Shown here one piece after another: positions 1-10,013 of a stretch of 28,814 bases of DNA. The notes under the pieces were generated by a model. It did no database searches and was not told where the DNA came from. It saw nothing but the letters and a program-made list of their open reading frames with translations. The stretch lies in the NCBI GenBank assembly GCA_963751345.1, contig CAVVUS010000039.1, positions 1-28,814 on the forward strand, given 5' to 3'. This DNA is from an uncultured Chloroflexia bacterium. GTDB lineage: Bacteria > Chloroflexota > Anaerolineae > B4-G1 > SLSP01. Position numbers and translations under genes: made by a program. Every line of letters begins with the position of its first letter. Within the stretch, counting starts at the first letter, position 1.

Positions 1-2
1 CA

Positions 3-77
3 TGTTCGCCGGCCCTGAAAGTGGTGGCGACTGCGGCCACGATGAGCCCGATCCGTGAAATCCACGCCTTCCTCTAA
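3..77 (+). CDS. possible 3' end of an upstream gene (partial)
   Basis: Open frame from the window edge (CSPALKVVATAATMSPIREIHAFL) to TAA at 75-77, just before the next promoter; too short to identify. Confidence 0.3.
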   Translation, partial: CSPALKVVATAATMSPIREIHAFL

Positions 78-103
78 GGGCGTGATTCAAGCCGCCCGGA
101 TAG

Positions 104-132
104 TTGACGCATCCCCGCGCTGCGTGTATCCT
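104..132 (+). promoter_or_regulatory. sigma70-type promoter for the oligoendopeptidase
   Basis: TTGACG (104-109)-N17-TATCCT (127-132); AGGAG Shine-Dalgarno before ATG 175/178. Confidence 0.6.
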
Positions 133-174
133 TCCCGGATATCGCATCTGCCGCACATTCAATAGGAGAGACCA

Positions 175-2055
175 ATGATGGGATCACCGTCCAAACCTGG
201 CCAGGTGCCGCACTGGGACCTAACCACCATCTACGCCGGCCTCGACGCCGACGACTTCCGGAATGCCTTCGACGCCTGGTGCACGGCCGTCGCCGATCTG
301 GCAGCCCTATTCGACGAGCGCGGCATCGGCGCCGCGCCGGCGACCCAACCTGCCGACGAGGAGACCGTCAGAAACGTGGAGGACGCCATCCGTGCCCTGA
401 ACACCGCCCTGCACGCGGAGCACCTGCTCCACGCCTATCTCCATGGCTACGTGGCGACAGACTCGCGAAATGCCGCGGCGCAGGCCTGGATGAGCCGCCT
501 GCAGATCCAGTCGGCAGCGCTCGATAAGCTGCTCCCGCGGTTCACGGCCTGGGTCAGCAGGCTGGACCTCGAGGCCGTCGAAGCCATGTCGGATACCGCG
601 GCCGCTCACGCCTACCCGTTGGCCAGAGCCAAGACCCAGGCGCGCCACCTTATGTCGCCCGCCGAGGAGAACCTCGCGGCGGACATGAACGTCACCGGTG
701 GGCAGGCTTCGGCCAAGCTCTACAGCGACTTCAGCTCTCAGATCACGGCTCCGGTCGAGGTCGCAGGTGAGGTCAGGACGCTCCCGATCACGGCGATTCG
801 TAACTTGGCCTTTGACGCCGACCGTGCGACGCGCCAACGCGCGTATGCTGCCGAGATCGGCGCGTGGGACGCCAACGCGCTGCCCATCGCGTCGGCGCTC
901 AACAGCATCAAGGGACAGGCCAACACCCTCAACCGTCGCCGGGGGCGGACCCCACCGCTGGACGCAGCACTGTTCGATAACGCCATCGATCGCGACACGC
1001 TAGAAGCCATGCTGGAGACCGCCCGGAGTTCTTCCCGGACTTCCGACGCTATCTGCATGCCAAGGCCGCCGCTCGGGCTCGATGCGTGCGCCTGGTACGA
1101 TCTGTTCGCTCCCGTGTCGACATCGAGGCGGGAACACATGGACATTCGATGCGGCAAGGGCGTTCATTCTCGACCAGTTCGGATCGTTCTCGACGGGGCT
1201 CCAGACTTGGCCAAGCGTGCCTTCGATGAGAGCTGGATCGATGCTGAGCCGCGCGACGGCAAACGCGGCGGAGCCTTCTGCATGTGGACCGGCGGCGACA
1301 CCTCGCGCATCCTCGGCAACTACCAGCCCGCCTACGGGGGCGTGAGCACCCTCGCCCACGAGCTGGGCCACGCCTACCACAATCGCTGTCTGGCCGCACG
1401 CACCGACCTGCAGCGCCGCACACCGAAGACCCTGGCCGAAACGGCCAGCACCTTCAACCAGCTCATCGTCCGCAACGCCGCGCTGCGCGCGGCCGATCCT
1501 GCGGAGCAGTTGGCGATTCTCGAGGCCGATCTTCAGGATTCTACCCAGGTCGTCGTCGACATCACGAGTCGCGTGCTCTTCGAAACCGAGGTCTTCGAGC
1601 GTCGCCGGGAGAGGGAGCTGTCGGCCGCCGAATCTGCGCCATCATGGTCGAGGCCCAGGACGCGACCTACGGCGACGGGCTTGGAGGGGATGACGCCCGC
1701 CATCCCTACATGTGGGCGGTCAAGCCACACTACTACAGCAGCGCCTTCTACAACTTCCCCTATATGTTTGGGCTGCTCTTCAGCCTTGGCCTCTACGCCC
1801 GGTATCGCGAGGAACCCGACGGCTTCGTCGAGCGCTACGAACCCTACTCTCAGCTACAGGCATGAGCGACGCCGCGGGCCTCGCCGTCGCTTCGGCATCG
1901 ACATCACCCGCCCCGCCTTCTGGGAGAGTAGCTTGCAGCTCATCGTGGAGGACGTGGATCAGTTTGTGGAGCTATCAGCTATCAGCAAGAAGCCGGAGTC
2001 ATGGGGGGAGTCACTGTGCTGCGATCTACTCCTCTCCCAAAGCTATGGCTGCTAG
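175..2055 (+). CDS. pepF: M3 family oligoendopeptidase F (PepF-like), with several apparent sequencing frameshifts
   Basis: N-terminal WDL..IY, WIDAEPRDGKRGGAFC, zinc motif TLAHELGHAYH, LAETASTF. Family-like segments lie in other frames: FPDFRRYLHAKA (~1030-1068), WTFDAARAFILDQFGSFS (~1135-1200), MWAVKPHYYSSAFYNFPYMFGLLFSLGLY (~1630-1845). The exact stop is uncertain. Confidence 0.9.
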   Translation: MMGSPSKPGQVPHWDLTTIYAGLDADDFRNAFDAWCTAVADLAALFDERGIGAAPATQPADEETVRNVEDAIRALNTALHAEHLLHAYLHGYVATDSRNAAAQAWMSRLQIQSAALDKLLPRFTAWVSRLDLEAVEAMSDTAAAHAYPLARAKTQARHLMSPAEENLAADMNVTGGQASAKLYSDFSSQITAPVEVAGEVRTLPITAIRNLAFDADRATRQRAYAAEIGAWDANALPIASALNSIKGQANTLNRRRGRTPPLDAALFDNAIDRDTLEAMLETARSSSRTSDAICMPRPPLGLDACAWYDLFAPVSTSRREHMDIRCGKGVHSRPVRIVLDGAPDLAKRAFDESWIDAEPRDGKRGGAFCMWTGGDTSRILGNYQPAYGGVSTLAHELGHAYHNRCLAARTDLQRRTPKTLAETASTFNQLIVRNAALRAADPAEQLAILEADLQDSTQVVVDITSRVLFETEVFERRRERELSAAESAPSWSRPRTRPTATGLEGMTPAIPTCGRSSHTTTAAPSTTSPICLGCSSALASTPGIARNPTASSSATNPTLSYRHERRRGPRRRFGIDITRPAFWESSLQLIVEDVDQFVELSAISKKPESWGESLCCDLLLSQSYGC

Positions 2056-2067
2056 CTCCGCCGCCAT

Positions 2068-2095
2068 TTGACCTATGCCTTTTCGGGTATACACT
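2068..2095 (+). promoter_or_regulatory. sigma70-type promoter for the ychF unit
   Basis: TTGACC (2068-2073)-N16-TACACT (2090-2095); GAGGAG before ATG 2126. Confidence 0.55.
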
Positions 2096-2125
2096 GTAAT
2101 CAAAGTTTGAGGAGAGTTAAAAGTC

Positions 2126-3207
2126 ATGGAACTTGGCATCATTGGCCTGCCGACCAGCGGCAAGACGACGGTCTTCAATGCGCTCACCCGATCCGAGCAC
2201 CCACGGCTGCCGCATCTACCGGCAAGTTGGAGCTTGTGAGCGGCGTCGTGGACGTCCCCGACGAACGCGTCGATCGCCTCAGCGAAATGTACCATCCGCG
2301 CAAGACCACCTACGCCCGCGTCACCTACACCGACATCGCCGGCCTCGACCAAGATCTCGGCAAGACCGGGCTCAGCGGCGAGCTGCGCAACAAGATCGCG
2401 CCAATGGATGCCTTCGTCCACGTGGTCCGCGCCTTTGAAAGTGACCACGTACCTCACGTCCTGGGCTCCGTCAATGCCCAGCGCGACCTGGAAACCCTTG
2501 ACGGTGAGTTCATCCTGGCCGATATGCTCAGCGTCGAAGCGCGCCTCGAGCGCATTGATGAGCGCCTCCGCAAGGGCGCCAAGCCGGAGGAACGCCAGGG
2601 ACTTGAGGAAGACCGGGTCCTCTTCGAGCGGCTCCAGGCGACCCTCGGGGAGGGGCTGCCGCTGCGTGACATGAGCCTCACCGAAGAAGAGCTCACCGGC
2701 CTCGGTGCCTACAGCCTGTTGAGCCTTAAGCCCACGCTCGTCCTCGTCAACACGGGCGACGATCCGATTGAAGCCGGCGAACTCGTCACCTACGACCACC
2801 ACGAGACCGCCGTCATGGCGCTTCAGGGGCAGCTGGAGATGGAGCTCAGCCGGCTGACACAGGACGAGGTCGAGATCTTCATGGAGGAGTATGGCATCCA
2901 GGAACTGGCGCTGGACCGCGTCATTCGGGCGTCCTACAAGCTCATCGGCCTCCAGTCCTTCCTGACCGTCGGCGAGGACGAGGTACGCGCGTGGAACCTC
3001 CGCGCCGGCGGGACCGCCGTGGAGGCAGCCGGCGTCATCCACACCGATCTGGCTCGTGGCTTCATCCGCGCCGAGGTCGTGGGTTTTGACGACCTGATGG
3101 CAGCCGGCGATATGGCTGCAGCACGCAAGGCAGGAAAAGTACATCTTGAGGGCAAGGACTACGTGATCCAGAATGGAGACATCCTCCACATCCGCTTCTC
3201 CGTCTAG
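2126..3207 (+). CDS. ychF: YchF/OLA1 Obg-family ATPase (frameshift near 2200)
   Basis: ATG 2126 reads MELGIIGLPTSGKTTVFNALT (P-loop). After a frameshift the 2068..3207 frame gives VPDERV, DIAGL, HVVRAF, FLTVGEDEVRAW, AAGVIHTD..RGFIRAEV and EGKDYVIQNGDILHIRF. Confidence 0.95.
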
Positions 3208-3221
3208 CGAGAGGAGGCGAG

Positions 3222-5033
3222 GTGAATAACGCCGAGCAGAGGATCGAATGGCTGTTCATCAACCTGCGCTGGTTCCTTCTGCTGGCCGTCGCAAGCATCA
3301 TGGGCATGGATGTCTCCTTCAGGGGCGCCACATTCCCCAGGACCTCCTTCATCCTGCTCATCGTGGGTGCAATCGCCAATCTCACCGCCCTGATGGCCGT
3401 GCTTCAGGACAACATGAGCAAGGGCATCCAGAACACCATGCTCCTCTACGACGTCCTCCTGACCATCGGGTTCATCACCTCGACCACCCAGCTCCAGAGC
3501 CAGCTCCTCTTCATCTCCCTGGTCCCCATCACCACAGCGGCGCTCAGGATCAACTGGGGATCGAGCGTTATTGTCACCGTCGGCATCGTTATGGCCTATT
3601 GGCTGATCACCTGGCTGCAAGGCGCCCCTGCACCGACCGCGTCGCTCGGTGACCTCATCGGCTGGATGGCCCCGCACATCGTCAACGGCGTCGTCCTGAT
3701 CGTTGCGGGCCTGGCGGTCGGCCAGATCGGCTTTCGTATGAAGCAATCGCTGATCAAGGATCGCGAGGAGCGTGAGACCAAGAGCTCGCACGCGCTCCGC
3801 GTGGCGCACCAGCGCGCCAGCATCATCTTCGATCTGGCCAGCACGCTGAGCGCCACCCTCAACTATGAGCGCGTCCTTGAAGCGGCGCTGGACATCAGCC
3901 GCACCGGCCTGCAGGAGTTCTTCAACGATCCGAAAGAGCAATCGCTGATCGGTATGATCCTGCTCTTTGGCATGGACCAGACCCTCTACGTGGCAAAAGC
4001 CCGTGGGCTCTCGCCGCGCGAGGAACAGATCCGCTTCCCCGCGGCAGAGGGCATCCTCGCCGCGGCCATCAAGGGCGTCGTACCGGTCGTCTCCAACGTG
4101 CCCGCCGACGACCCCGAACTCGGGACCATTGCCAAGCTGCGAGAGTGTCATCAAGCCATCGCCGTCCAGCTCCGCGCGGGCTTTGAGAGCTACGGTCTTC
4201 TCGTTCTCGGGAGCACGGAGCCCGATCTCTACACGCGCGACTTCCGCGACCTGCTGATTGCGATCTGCAACCAGGCGGTGCTCGCGCTCCAGAACGCCAG
4301 CCTCTATCAGAACCTGATGGAGGAGAAGGACAGGCTCGTCACCGTCGAGGAAGATGCCCGCAAGAAGCTCGCCCGCGACCTCCACGATGGCCCGACCCAG
4401 ACGATCGCAGCGATCGCGATGCGACTCAACTATATTCGGCTGCTGATCAACGATAACCCCGAGGACGCCACGAAGGAAATCGTGCAACTGGAGGATCTTG
4501 CCCGCCGGACCACCAAGGACATCCGCCAGATGCTCTTTATCCTCCGTCCTCTGATCCTCGAATCCCAGGGATTGGTCGCGGCGCTTGAACAACTCCGCCT
4601 GAAGGTGCAGGAGACCAGCAGGGTCCCCATCCACCTGGAGGCAGACCGCGCTGCCGACCGCGAGTTGACCAAGGATGCCAAGGGCGCCATCTTCTACATC
4701 GTGGAGGAAGCCTTTGCCAATGCCCGCAAGCACGCCCAAGCCCAGAATATCTGGATCCGACTCTTCCAGCGTGGGATGAGCATCGTCGCAGAGGTCGAGG
4801 ATGACGGCGTCGGGTTCGATGTCGCGGCGATGGAGGTGGACTATGCCGCGCGTGGGAGCCTTGGTATGATCAACCTCCGCGAGCGAGCGATGCTCGTGAA
4901 GGGCAAGACCGCTATCGTGTCAGCGCCGGGCCGAGGGACCACCGTTACGGTCACCGTTCCGGTCGCGCCCCCTCCTGCGCGTGAGGAGCCCGAGGATGGC
5001 GCGCATAACGTAGTGGACCTGCGGGCGGCCTGA
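3222..5033 (+). CDS. membrane-bound GAF-domain sensor histidine kinase, HisKA_3 (NarX/DegS-like) class
   Basis: GAGGAGG then GTG; multiple N-terminal hydrophobic helices; GAF-like region ending ALQNASLY; H-box RKKLARDLHDGPTQ; EEAFANARKHA, DDGVGFD, LGMINLRERA, SAPGRGT. Confidence 0.92.
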   Translation: MNNAEQRIEWLFINLRWFLLLAVASIMGMDVSFRGATFPRTSFILLIVGAIANLTALMAVLQDNMSKGIQNTMLLYDVLLTIGFITSTTQLQSQLLFISLVPITTAALRINWGSSVIVTVGIVMAYWLITWLQGAPAPTASLGDLIGWMAPHIVNGVVLIVAGLAVGQIGFRMKQSLIKDREERETKSSHALRVAHQRASIIFDLASTLSATLNYERVLEAALDISRTGLQEFFNDPKEQSLIGMILLFGMDQTLYVAKARGLSPREEQIRFPAAEGILAAAIKGVVPVVSNVPADDPELGTIAKLRECHQAIAVQLRAGFESYGLLVLGSTEPDLYTRDFRDLLIAICNQAVLALQNASLYQNLMEEKDRLVTVEEDARKKLARDLHDGPTQTIAAIAMRLNYIRLLINDNPEDATKEIVQLEDLARRTTKDIRQMLFILRPLILESQGLVAALEQLRLKVQETSRVPIHLEADRAADRELTKDAKGAIFYIVEEAFANARKHAQAQNIWIRLFQRGMSIVAEVEDDGVGFDVAAMEVDYAARGSLGMINLRERAMLVKGKTAIVSAPGRGTTVTVTVPVAPPPAREEPEDGAHNVVDLRAA

Positions 5034-5035
5034 CC

Positions 5036-5872
5036 TTGGCACCCGTCACCGTGGGCCGTTGGGACTGGCTGCTTATCTCGATCATCGTGGGTACCTTCGC
5101 GTCGCTCATACGCTGGTTCGTTGCTCACCAGGCGGAGACCGCCACAACACACGGAGCCTGGCGACAAGGGGAGGCCATCTTGGCCTCTCCCTGGGTTGCC
5201 GGCCCACTGCGATTGGCGTATGCCGTCGGGCTGCCTGCCATCGCGCTCTTCTGGCAAAGTGCGCTCAGCGCCCGTGGCCTCGGGCTGCTTCCACTACCCG
5301 TGACTAGGTCCGGCCCGGCACTCGATGGCCTGTTCTTCCCGACCTGGGACGTCTGGATCAAGGGTCTGGGATGGATGGTGGGCATCAGCGCTGCCTTCTG
5401 GCTCATCGTCGTGTTGGGCGATGTCGCCGCCCGTGAGCGGCGGGGGAACGCCCCGGCCTCCGGACGCCGCCTGATTCACCTCTCGCCGGGAGCACTTCCG
5501 CGGATCGTCGAGGATGCCGTGGTCTACCAGATCCACTGGGCCTTCTACCGGGAGCCCTTCATCTTCCTATGGGGCACCCCGCTGGGCATCTGGCTCGGCG
5601 CGATCCCGGTCGTGTTCGAGGTTGCGATCAACCCGCGATTGTGGGAGCAACTGCACGCCGAAGGGCCGCCTGCGGTGCGAGCCGTTCTCGTCAGGGGCGG
5701 GATCTTCGTTGCCTCAGCCCTCGTGATGATTTACACCCAGAACCTGTGGATGGCTCTGGGGCTGGATCTCCTCGTCGGCGCGCTGGCCCTGTCGCGGCAG
5801 GTGCCGGACCGTATTTCAGCCGTTGCCCGCCACTCGCTGCTCGTTCCCCCTACCCCACCAGCGACGCAATAA
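5036..5872 (+). CDS. multi-pass membrane protein of unknown function
   Basis: 278-aa ORF 2 bp after the kinase stop, with many hydrophobic segments and a QIHWAFYRE motif; TTG start is uncertain. Confidence 0.75.
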   Translation: MAPVTVGRWDWLLISIIVGTFASLIRWFVAHQAETATTHGAWRQGEAILASPWVAGPLRLAYAVGLPAIALFWQSALSARGLGLLPLPVTRSGPALDGLFFPTWDVWIKGLGWMVGISAAFWLIVVLGDVAARERRGNAPASGRRLIHLSPGALPRIVEDAVVYQIHWAFYREPFIFLWGTPLGIWLGAIPVVFEVAINPRLWEQLHAEGPPAVRAVLVRGGIFVASALVMIYTQNLWMALGLDLLVGALALSRQVPDRISAVARHSLLVPPTPPATQ

Positions 5873-6788
5873 CCACGATCCGGTGCGTGTCCACGCCATA
5901 GGGATAGCACGAGTAGAGTGTCAACACGGGCGTGCTCGTCGCGTCCAGCACGCTCACCTCCGTCTCCTCCACGATGCGCGTCTGCGTCACTTCGTACGTA
6001 TAGGTCGCAGAGCGTGTCTCGACCTGAATCTGGTCCCCCACCTTGAGGTCGGGGAGATCGCGGAACACCTCGCCGAATATATCGTTGTGACCTGAGATCA
6101 CGCAATTGCCGCGCTCGCCGGGGTTTGCCGTGCCTACGTGCCAGCCGGGACCTCTCTTCAGTGACTCCCAGTCGTCACCCAGGACGACTGCCGCATCCAC
6201 ACCGATCGCGGGAATGATGATCCGCTGGACGTGTTCGGGGCCGCGCGTTGGAACGGGGAGCGGCGTGATCTGCGCCACAAGGTCGCGCAGGTGTGCCGGG
6301 ATCGGGGCCGGCTGCGACTGACGGTTCGCATCCGGCGGCGTGTGACCTCCGGGGAGCACCACCACGTCGACCATCGGCGCCGGCGTCGGCGTCGGCAGCA
6401 ACTGGATGGCCCGGCTGGACCCGTTGATCCTGTTCACCGTGGACACCATCGTGACGATCACCCAGACAAGCCCGATCACCGCCAGGACCTCGACGATCAT
6501 CAACGCCTGATCGCGGAGCCACCGCCAGTGGATGGGACGTCGCAGGCGCATTTGCCGCGAGGGCTCGACTGCCGCACTGTATCTCGGTCCCATGTCCCGC
6601 CTGGTAGGCTCCGCCGGCTCCCGAGAGGAGGACTCCGTACGGCCGCCCCGCCCCGAGTCGTGCGACAGCGGATCGACCGGCGCGGGATGCCCGCCGAGGC
6701 GACTCAGGCGCTCATCCCGCCGCCTCAGTCTCAGCGCTGCTTCCAGCTCCTCGATCGTGAGCTCATCAACGTAGCGATGGTCTCTCAT
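5850..6788 (-). CDS. sortase (class D/E-like) with N-terminal extension and membrane anchor
   Basis: TM helix, Pro/Thr-rich linker, RIIIPAIGVDA, PGERGNCVISGH (His), TLYSCYPYGVDTHRIVV (catalytic Cys and Arg). Confidence 0.93.
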   Translation of the reverse strand: MRDHRYVDELTIEELEAALRLRRRDERLSRLGGHPAPVDPLSHDSGRGGRTESSSREPAEPTRRDMGPRYSAAVEPSRQMRLRRPIHWRWLRDQALMIVEVLAVIGLVWVIVTMVSTVNRINGSSRAIQLLPTPTPAPMVDVVVLPGGHTPPDANRQSQPAPIPAHLRDLVAQITPLPVPTRGPEHVQRIIIPAIGVDAAVVLGDDWESLKRGPGWHVGTANPGERGNCVISGHNDIFGEVFRDLPDLKVGDQIQVETRSATYTYEVTQTRIVEETEVSVLDATSTPVLTLYSCYPYGVDTHRIVVIASLVG

Positions 6789-7600
6789 TTCTCTCCGACG
6801 GCGAACACCTCGCGCTCAAAAAACCAACGAAACGGCGGCACGCGGAACAGCAGCCATCTGGCCAACCCGAACAACAGATTCTCGCGTCGGTGCTGGGGCG
6901 GCGTGCTCAGCCAGGCGCGCACGCCGTGAAACGCATGGCGCCGGAGCTGGCGCCGCAGGCTGAGCGCCGATTGCTCGTTCACGTGGACGTGCAGGTTCTC
7001 AGGGATGATCGCCCTGGGGTCCCGCGGATAGGCGGCGCCCTGCCCCATCATCACGCGCACCAGGCGCACCAGCGGATAGGCGTATCGATCGTACCAGACG
7101 TTGGGCGCGGTGTGGATCACGATCCGCCCCCCGGGCTTGAGTACACGCCGCGCCTCACGGAAGGCGGCTGCGAGCTCGTTGGGGTAGAGATGCTCCACGA
7201 TGTCGAGCATCAGCAGCCTGTCGAACGAATCATCCGAGAAGGGCAGATAGAGCGCCGACGCCTGATAGACGCCCGGCGGCACGTCAGATCCATCCTGGGC
7301 CGTGATACGTCGAGAGAGGCTCACGGCAACCCGTGCGTAGTCAATGCCATAGGCACGTGCGCCCAGGGCGGCGGTTCTACGCAGGATCTCGCCTCGCCCG
7401 CAGCCCACGTCCAGCACGCGCATCCCGGCCGCAATGCCTGCGACCGCCAGGGCCTCGGCCAGCCGGAGCGACAGGTAGTCGCCCTCGCTGGACTTGAACT
7501 CCTCGTGGCCCTCGCAGACGTGCAGAAAATACTGCTCATCGTACAGGACCGACGGAACCGTGACCGGCGGAGGCGGACCCGCTGGCTTGGCCAGCGGCAT
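6785..7600 (-). CDS. class I SAM-dependent methyltransferase
   Basis: VLDVGCGRG, LPFSDDSFD, VEHL, RRVLKPGG; ATGA overlap with the sortase start. Confidence 0.92.
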   Translation of the reverse strand: MPLAKPAGPPPPVTVPSVLYDEQYFLHVCEGHEEFKSSEGDYLSLRLAEALAVAGIAAGMRVLDVGCGRGEILRRTAALGARAYGIDYARVAVSLSRRITAQDGSDVPPGVYQASALYLPFSDDSFDRLLMLDIVEHLYPNELAAAFREARRVLKPGGRIVIHTAPNVWYDRYAYPLVRLVRVMMGQGAAYPRDPRAIIPENLHVHVNEQSALSLRRQLRRHAFHGVRAWLSTPPQHRRENLLFGLARWLLFRVPPFRWFFEREVFAVGEK

Positions 7601-7660
7601 GTTCAGGCAAATCGCTCGTCCTTGTGGGTGAGGTGCGTCGGCGGTCGTCCGGGTGAGCGT

Positions 7661-9097
7661 TCAATACGCGTTAGGGGAGCGGAAGAACTGCAGCAAGGTT
7701 CGCGCGATGATCTTCAGGTCGAGCAGCAGCGACCAGTTCTCAATGTACCATAGGTCGTACTTCGTCCGCTCAGTGATCGACGTGTCCCCGCGGTACCCGT
7801 TCACCTGCGCCCATCCCGTCAGCCCGGCTTTCTCGCGATGGCGCTCCATATACCGCGGGATGCTGCGGCGGAACTGCTCGACGTAGATCGGACGCTCCGG
7901 CCGCGGCCCGACAAGGCTCATGTCCCCCAACAACACGTTGATGAACTGCGGCAGCTCGTCGATGTTTGTACTGCGCAGGAACGATCCGAGCTTCGTGCGG
8001 CGCGGGTCGTCCTCCGTGGTCCATCCCGGGCCCTCCTTCTCGGCATTCGCCCGCATCGAGCGGAACTTGATCACCGGGAAGGGGCGCGCGTCCAGCCCCA
8101 TCCGCTCCTGCACGTAGAGCACCGGACCCGGCGACTCCAGCTTGATCAACAGCGAGATCAACATCATGAATGGCGAGAGCAGGACCAGCCCGACGCCTGC
8201 ACCGACCACATCCATGGCCCGTTTTGCGGTGCGCCGCCACCCGGTCAGGGCAATGTCGCGCACCGTGAGGATCGGTAGCCCGCCCAGCTCGCTGATGGTC
8301 ACGGCCCCGGCCATGATCTGGAAGAGGTCCGGGTAGACCCGAATCGTGACCCGGCCGCGCTCGCACTGCGATATGAGCCACAGCACGTCGCGGTGCGCGG
8401 TCTCCTCAGGCAGGGCGATGATCACCTCGTCCACCTGGTGCTCGTCGATGATCTGTGCCAGCTCCGACGCCCGTCCCACCACCTGCACGCCCAGCAGCTC
8501 GCGCGGGTCGTCCTCCCGCATCGTCACGACGCCGACGAGATCGTAGCCCAACTCGGCCGACCAGAGGATCTTCTGGACGATCATGCGGGCGATATCCCCA
8601 ACCCCGACCACCAGTACCCTGCGGTGCCCCCACCCCCTTCGCGTAAGGTAACGACGATACCAGTCGTTGACCAGGCGTCCCAGAGCAATGAAGATGATCG
8701 AGAGAAACCACGCGTAGAAAATCATCACGCGTGAGTAGTCGCGCCCCACGACGAAGTCACGCAGGAGCAGAGAGTCGACCGCCACCCCAAGGAGCGTTCC
8801 AACCGTACAGCCGACGAGGATTCCGCTGAACTCGTCGACGCGTGAGACGGAGGTCAGCCCGTAGAGACCCGCGAAGAAGAGGACGCTCACGACGGAGACA
8901 ACGTGGACGACAAGCATCGGCCCGTGGTCCAGGAACGGGCCTATCCCCTCGGCTACGTCCGGCACCGGAATCCAGCGCCGGAGCACGTAAGCCATGACAA
9001 AGGCCATGCCCGCCATGACCACGTCCGTAAGGACGAGAAACAGCACGAACAGGCGCGTGGCCTGCTCGGCCTTCAGGCTGCGTGTGTGATGCGCCAT
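7661..9097 (-). CDS. undecaprenyl-phosphate sugar phosphotransferase (WcaJ/CpsE-like priming glycosyltransferase)
   Basis: Four N-terminal TM helices, VLVVGVG Rossmann-like domain, KRAMDV, KFRSM, DELPQFINVLLGDMSLVGPRPE, GLTGWAQV, DLWYIENWSLLLDLKI. Confidence 0.95.
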   Translation of the reverse strand: MAHHTRSLKAEQATRLFVLFLVLTDVVMAGMAFVMAYVLRRWIPVPDVAEGIGPFLDHGPMLVVHVVSVVSVLFFAGLYGLTSVSRVDEFSGILVGCTVGTLLGVAVDSLLLRDFVVGRDYSRVMIFYAWFLSIIFIALGRLVNDWYRRYLTRRGWGHRRVLVVGVGDIARMIVQKILWSAELGYDLVGVVTMREDDPRELLGVQVVGRASELAQIIDEHQVDEVIIALPEETAHRDVLWLISQCERGRVTIRVYPDLFQIMAGAVTISELGGLPILTVRDIALTGWRRTAKRAMDVVGAGVGLVLLSPFMMLISLLIKLESPGPVLYVQERMGLDARPFPVIKFRSMRANAEKEGPGWTTEDDPRRTKLGSFLRSTNIDELPQFINVLLGDMSLVGPRPERPIYVEQFRRSIPRYMERHREKAGLTGWAQVNGYRGDTSITERTKYDLWYIENWSLLLDLKIIARTLLQFFRSPNAY

Positions 9098-9964
9098 TGC
9101 GTCAGGTTGGTCATGAGCCGAACGATGGCCCTGATCATCGCGTCGGGGAGACGCGGCGTCTGGGCTGAGTAATGCTTCCGGTAGAAGATCCCCATCGAAC
9201 GCCAGAAATCCACCTGCGACCGGGGATTCTGTCGGCTGGATGCCCGTTTGACGTGCAGGACGGTGACCTCAGGATAGTAGTAGACGCGCCATCCGGCCTC
9301 TTTGATGCGAAGGGCCCAATCGAGATCCTCCCCGTACATGAAAAAGGACTCATCCAGAACCCCCACGTCGCGAATGGCCTCACGCCGGACGAGCATGAAG
9401 GCGCCGACCACCGAATCGACCTCCGCGGTCTCATCCGGATCCAGGTACGTCAGGTTATACTGCCCGAAGCGCCGGCTGCGTGGGAAGATCCGCGCCAACC
9501 CCAGCATATGATAGGCCGACACGATGGGCGTCGGAAACGAACGGCGGCACGCCAGATCCAGGCTGCCGTCGAGGCGGACCAGCTTCGGTCCCACGATCCC
9601 CGCACGCTGCTCGGCGTCGGCAAAGGCCACGACCCGTGCGAACGCGTCGGGTGGCACCTCCGTGTCCGAGTTCAGCAGCAGCGCGTAGCGCGGCGCATCG
9701 GCCAATCCCCTCAGGCGTGAACCCCAGCAGCGCCAACCCCTGGTTGTTGGCGGCAGGATACCCCACATTCGTGTCGTTAGCAATAAGGCTGACGCTGGGG
9801 AAGTCCGATGCCACCATCTCGATGCTGCCGTCGTGGGAGTCATTGTCGACCACGCACACCTTGAGGTCAATGGACGCACTCGACAACACGCTTTCGAGAC
9901 ATCGCCGCAATAGCTCGCGAGTATTGTAGCTGACGATGACGATCCCGATATCCACGCGGTCCAT
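9073..9964 (-). CDS. GT2 family glycosyltransferase (WbbL-like), frameshift near 9715
   Basis: MDRVDIGIVIVSYN, VVDNDSHDGS and NVGYPAANNQG in one frame; LLLNSDT, GAFMLVRR, LDESFFMYGEDLDW in the next frame. Confidence 0.9.
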
Positions 9965-9971
9965 GGCGTCC

Positions 9972-9999
9972 ATTCTAGCATAGTGCCCACCCCCGGCAA
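9972..9999 (-). promoter_or_regulatory. promoter for the GT2-WcaJ unit, probably leaderless
   Basis: TTGCCG (9999-9994)-N16-TAGAAT (9977-9972) with an extended TG; 7 nt separate it from ATG 9964 and there is no Shine-Dalgarno. Confidence 0.6.
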
Positions 10000-10013
10000 G
10001 CGCGCCGTTCCGG

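Noticed and set aside
1969-1987. GCTATCA heptamer duplication near the pepF end
   Set aside because: Only two copies; insufficient evidence of a functional repeat.
175-3207. pepF and ychF as pseudogenes or programmed frameshifts
   Set aside because: Motifs are intact, no slippery-site plus structure pattern was seen, and similar indels occur throughout the window.
3204-4739. Long antisense and alternative-frame ORFs (e.g. 3204-4739, 2026-3189, 11459-12607, 16468-17547, 27155-28114)
   Set aside because: They shadow well-supported genes, lack motifs and are expected in high-GC DNA.
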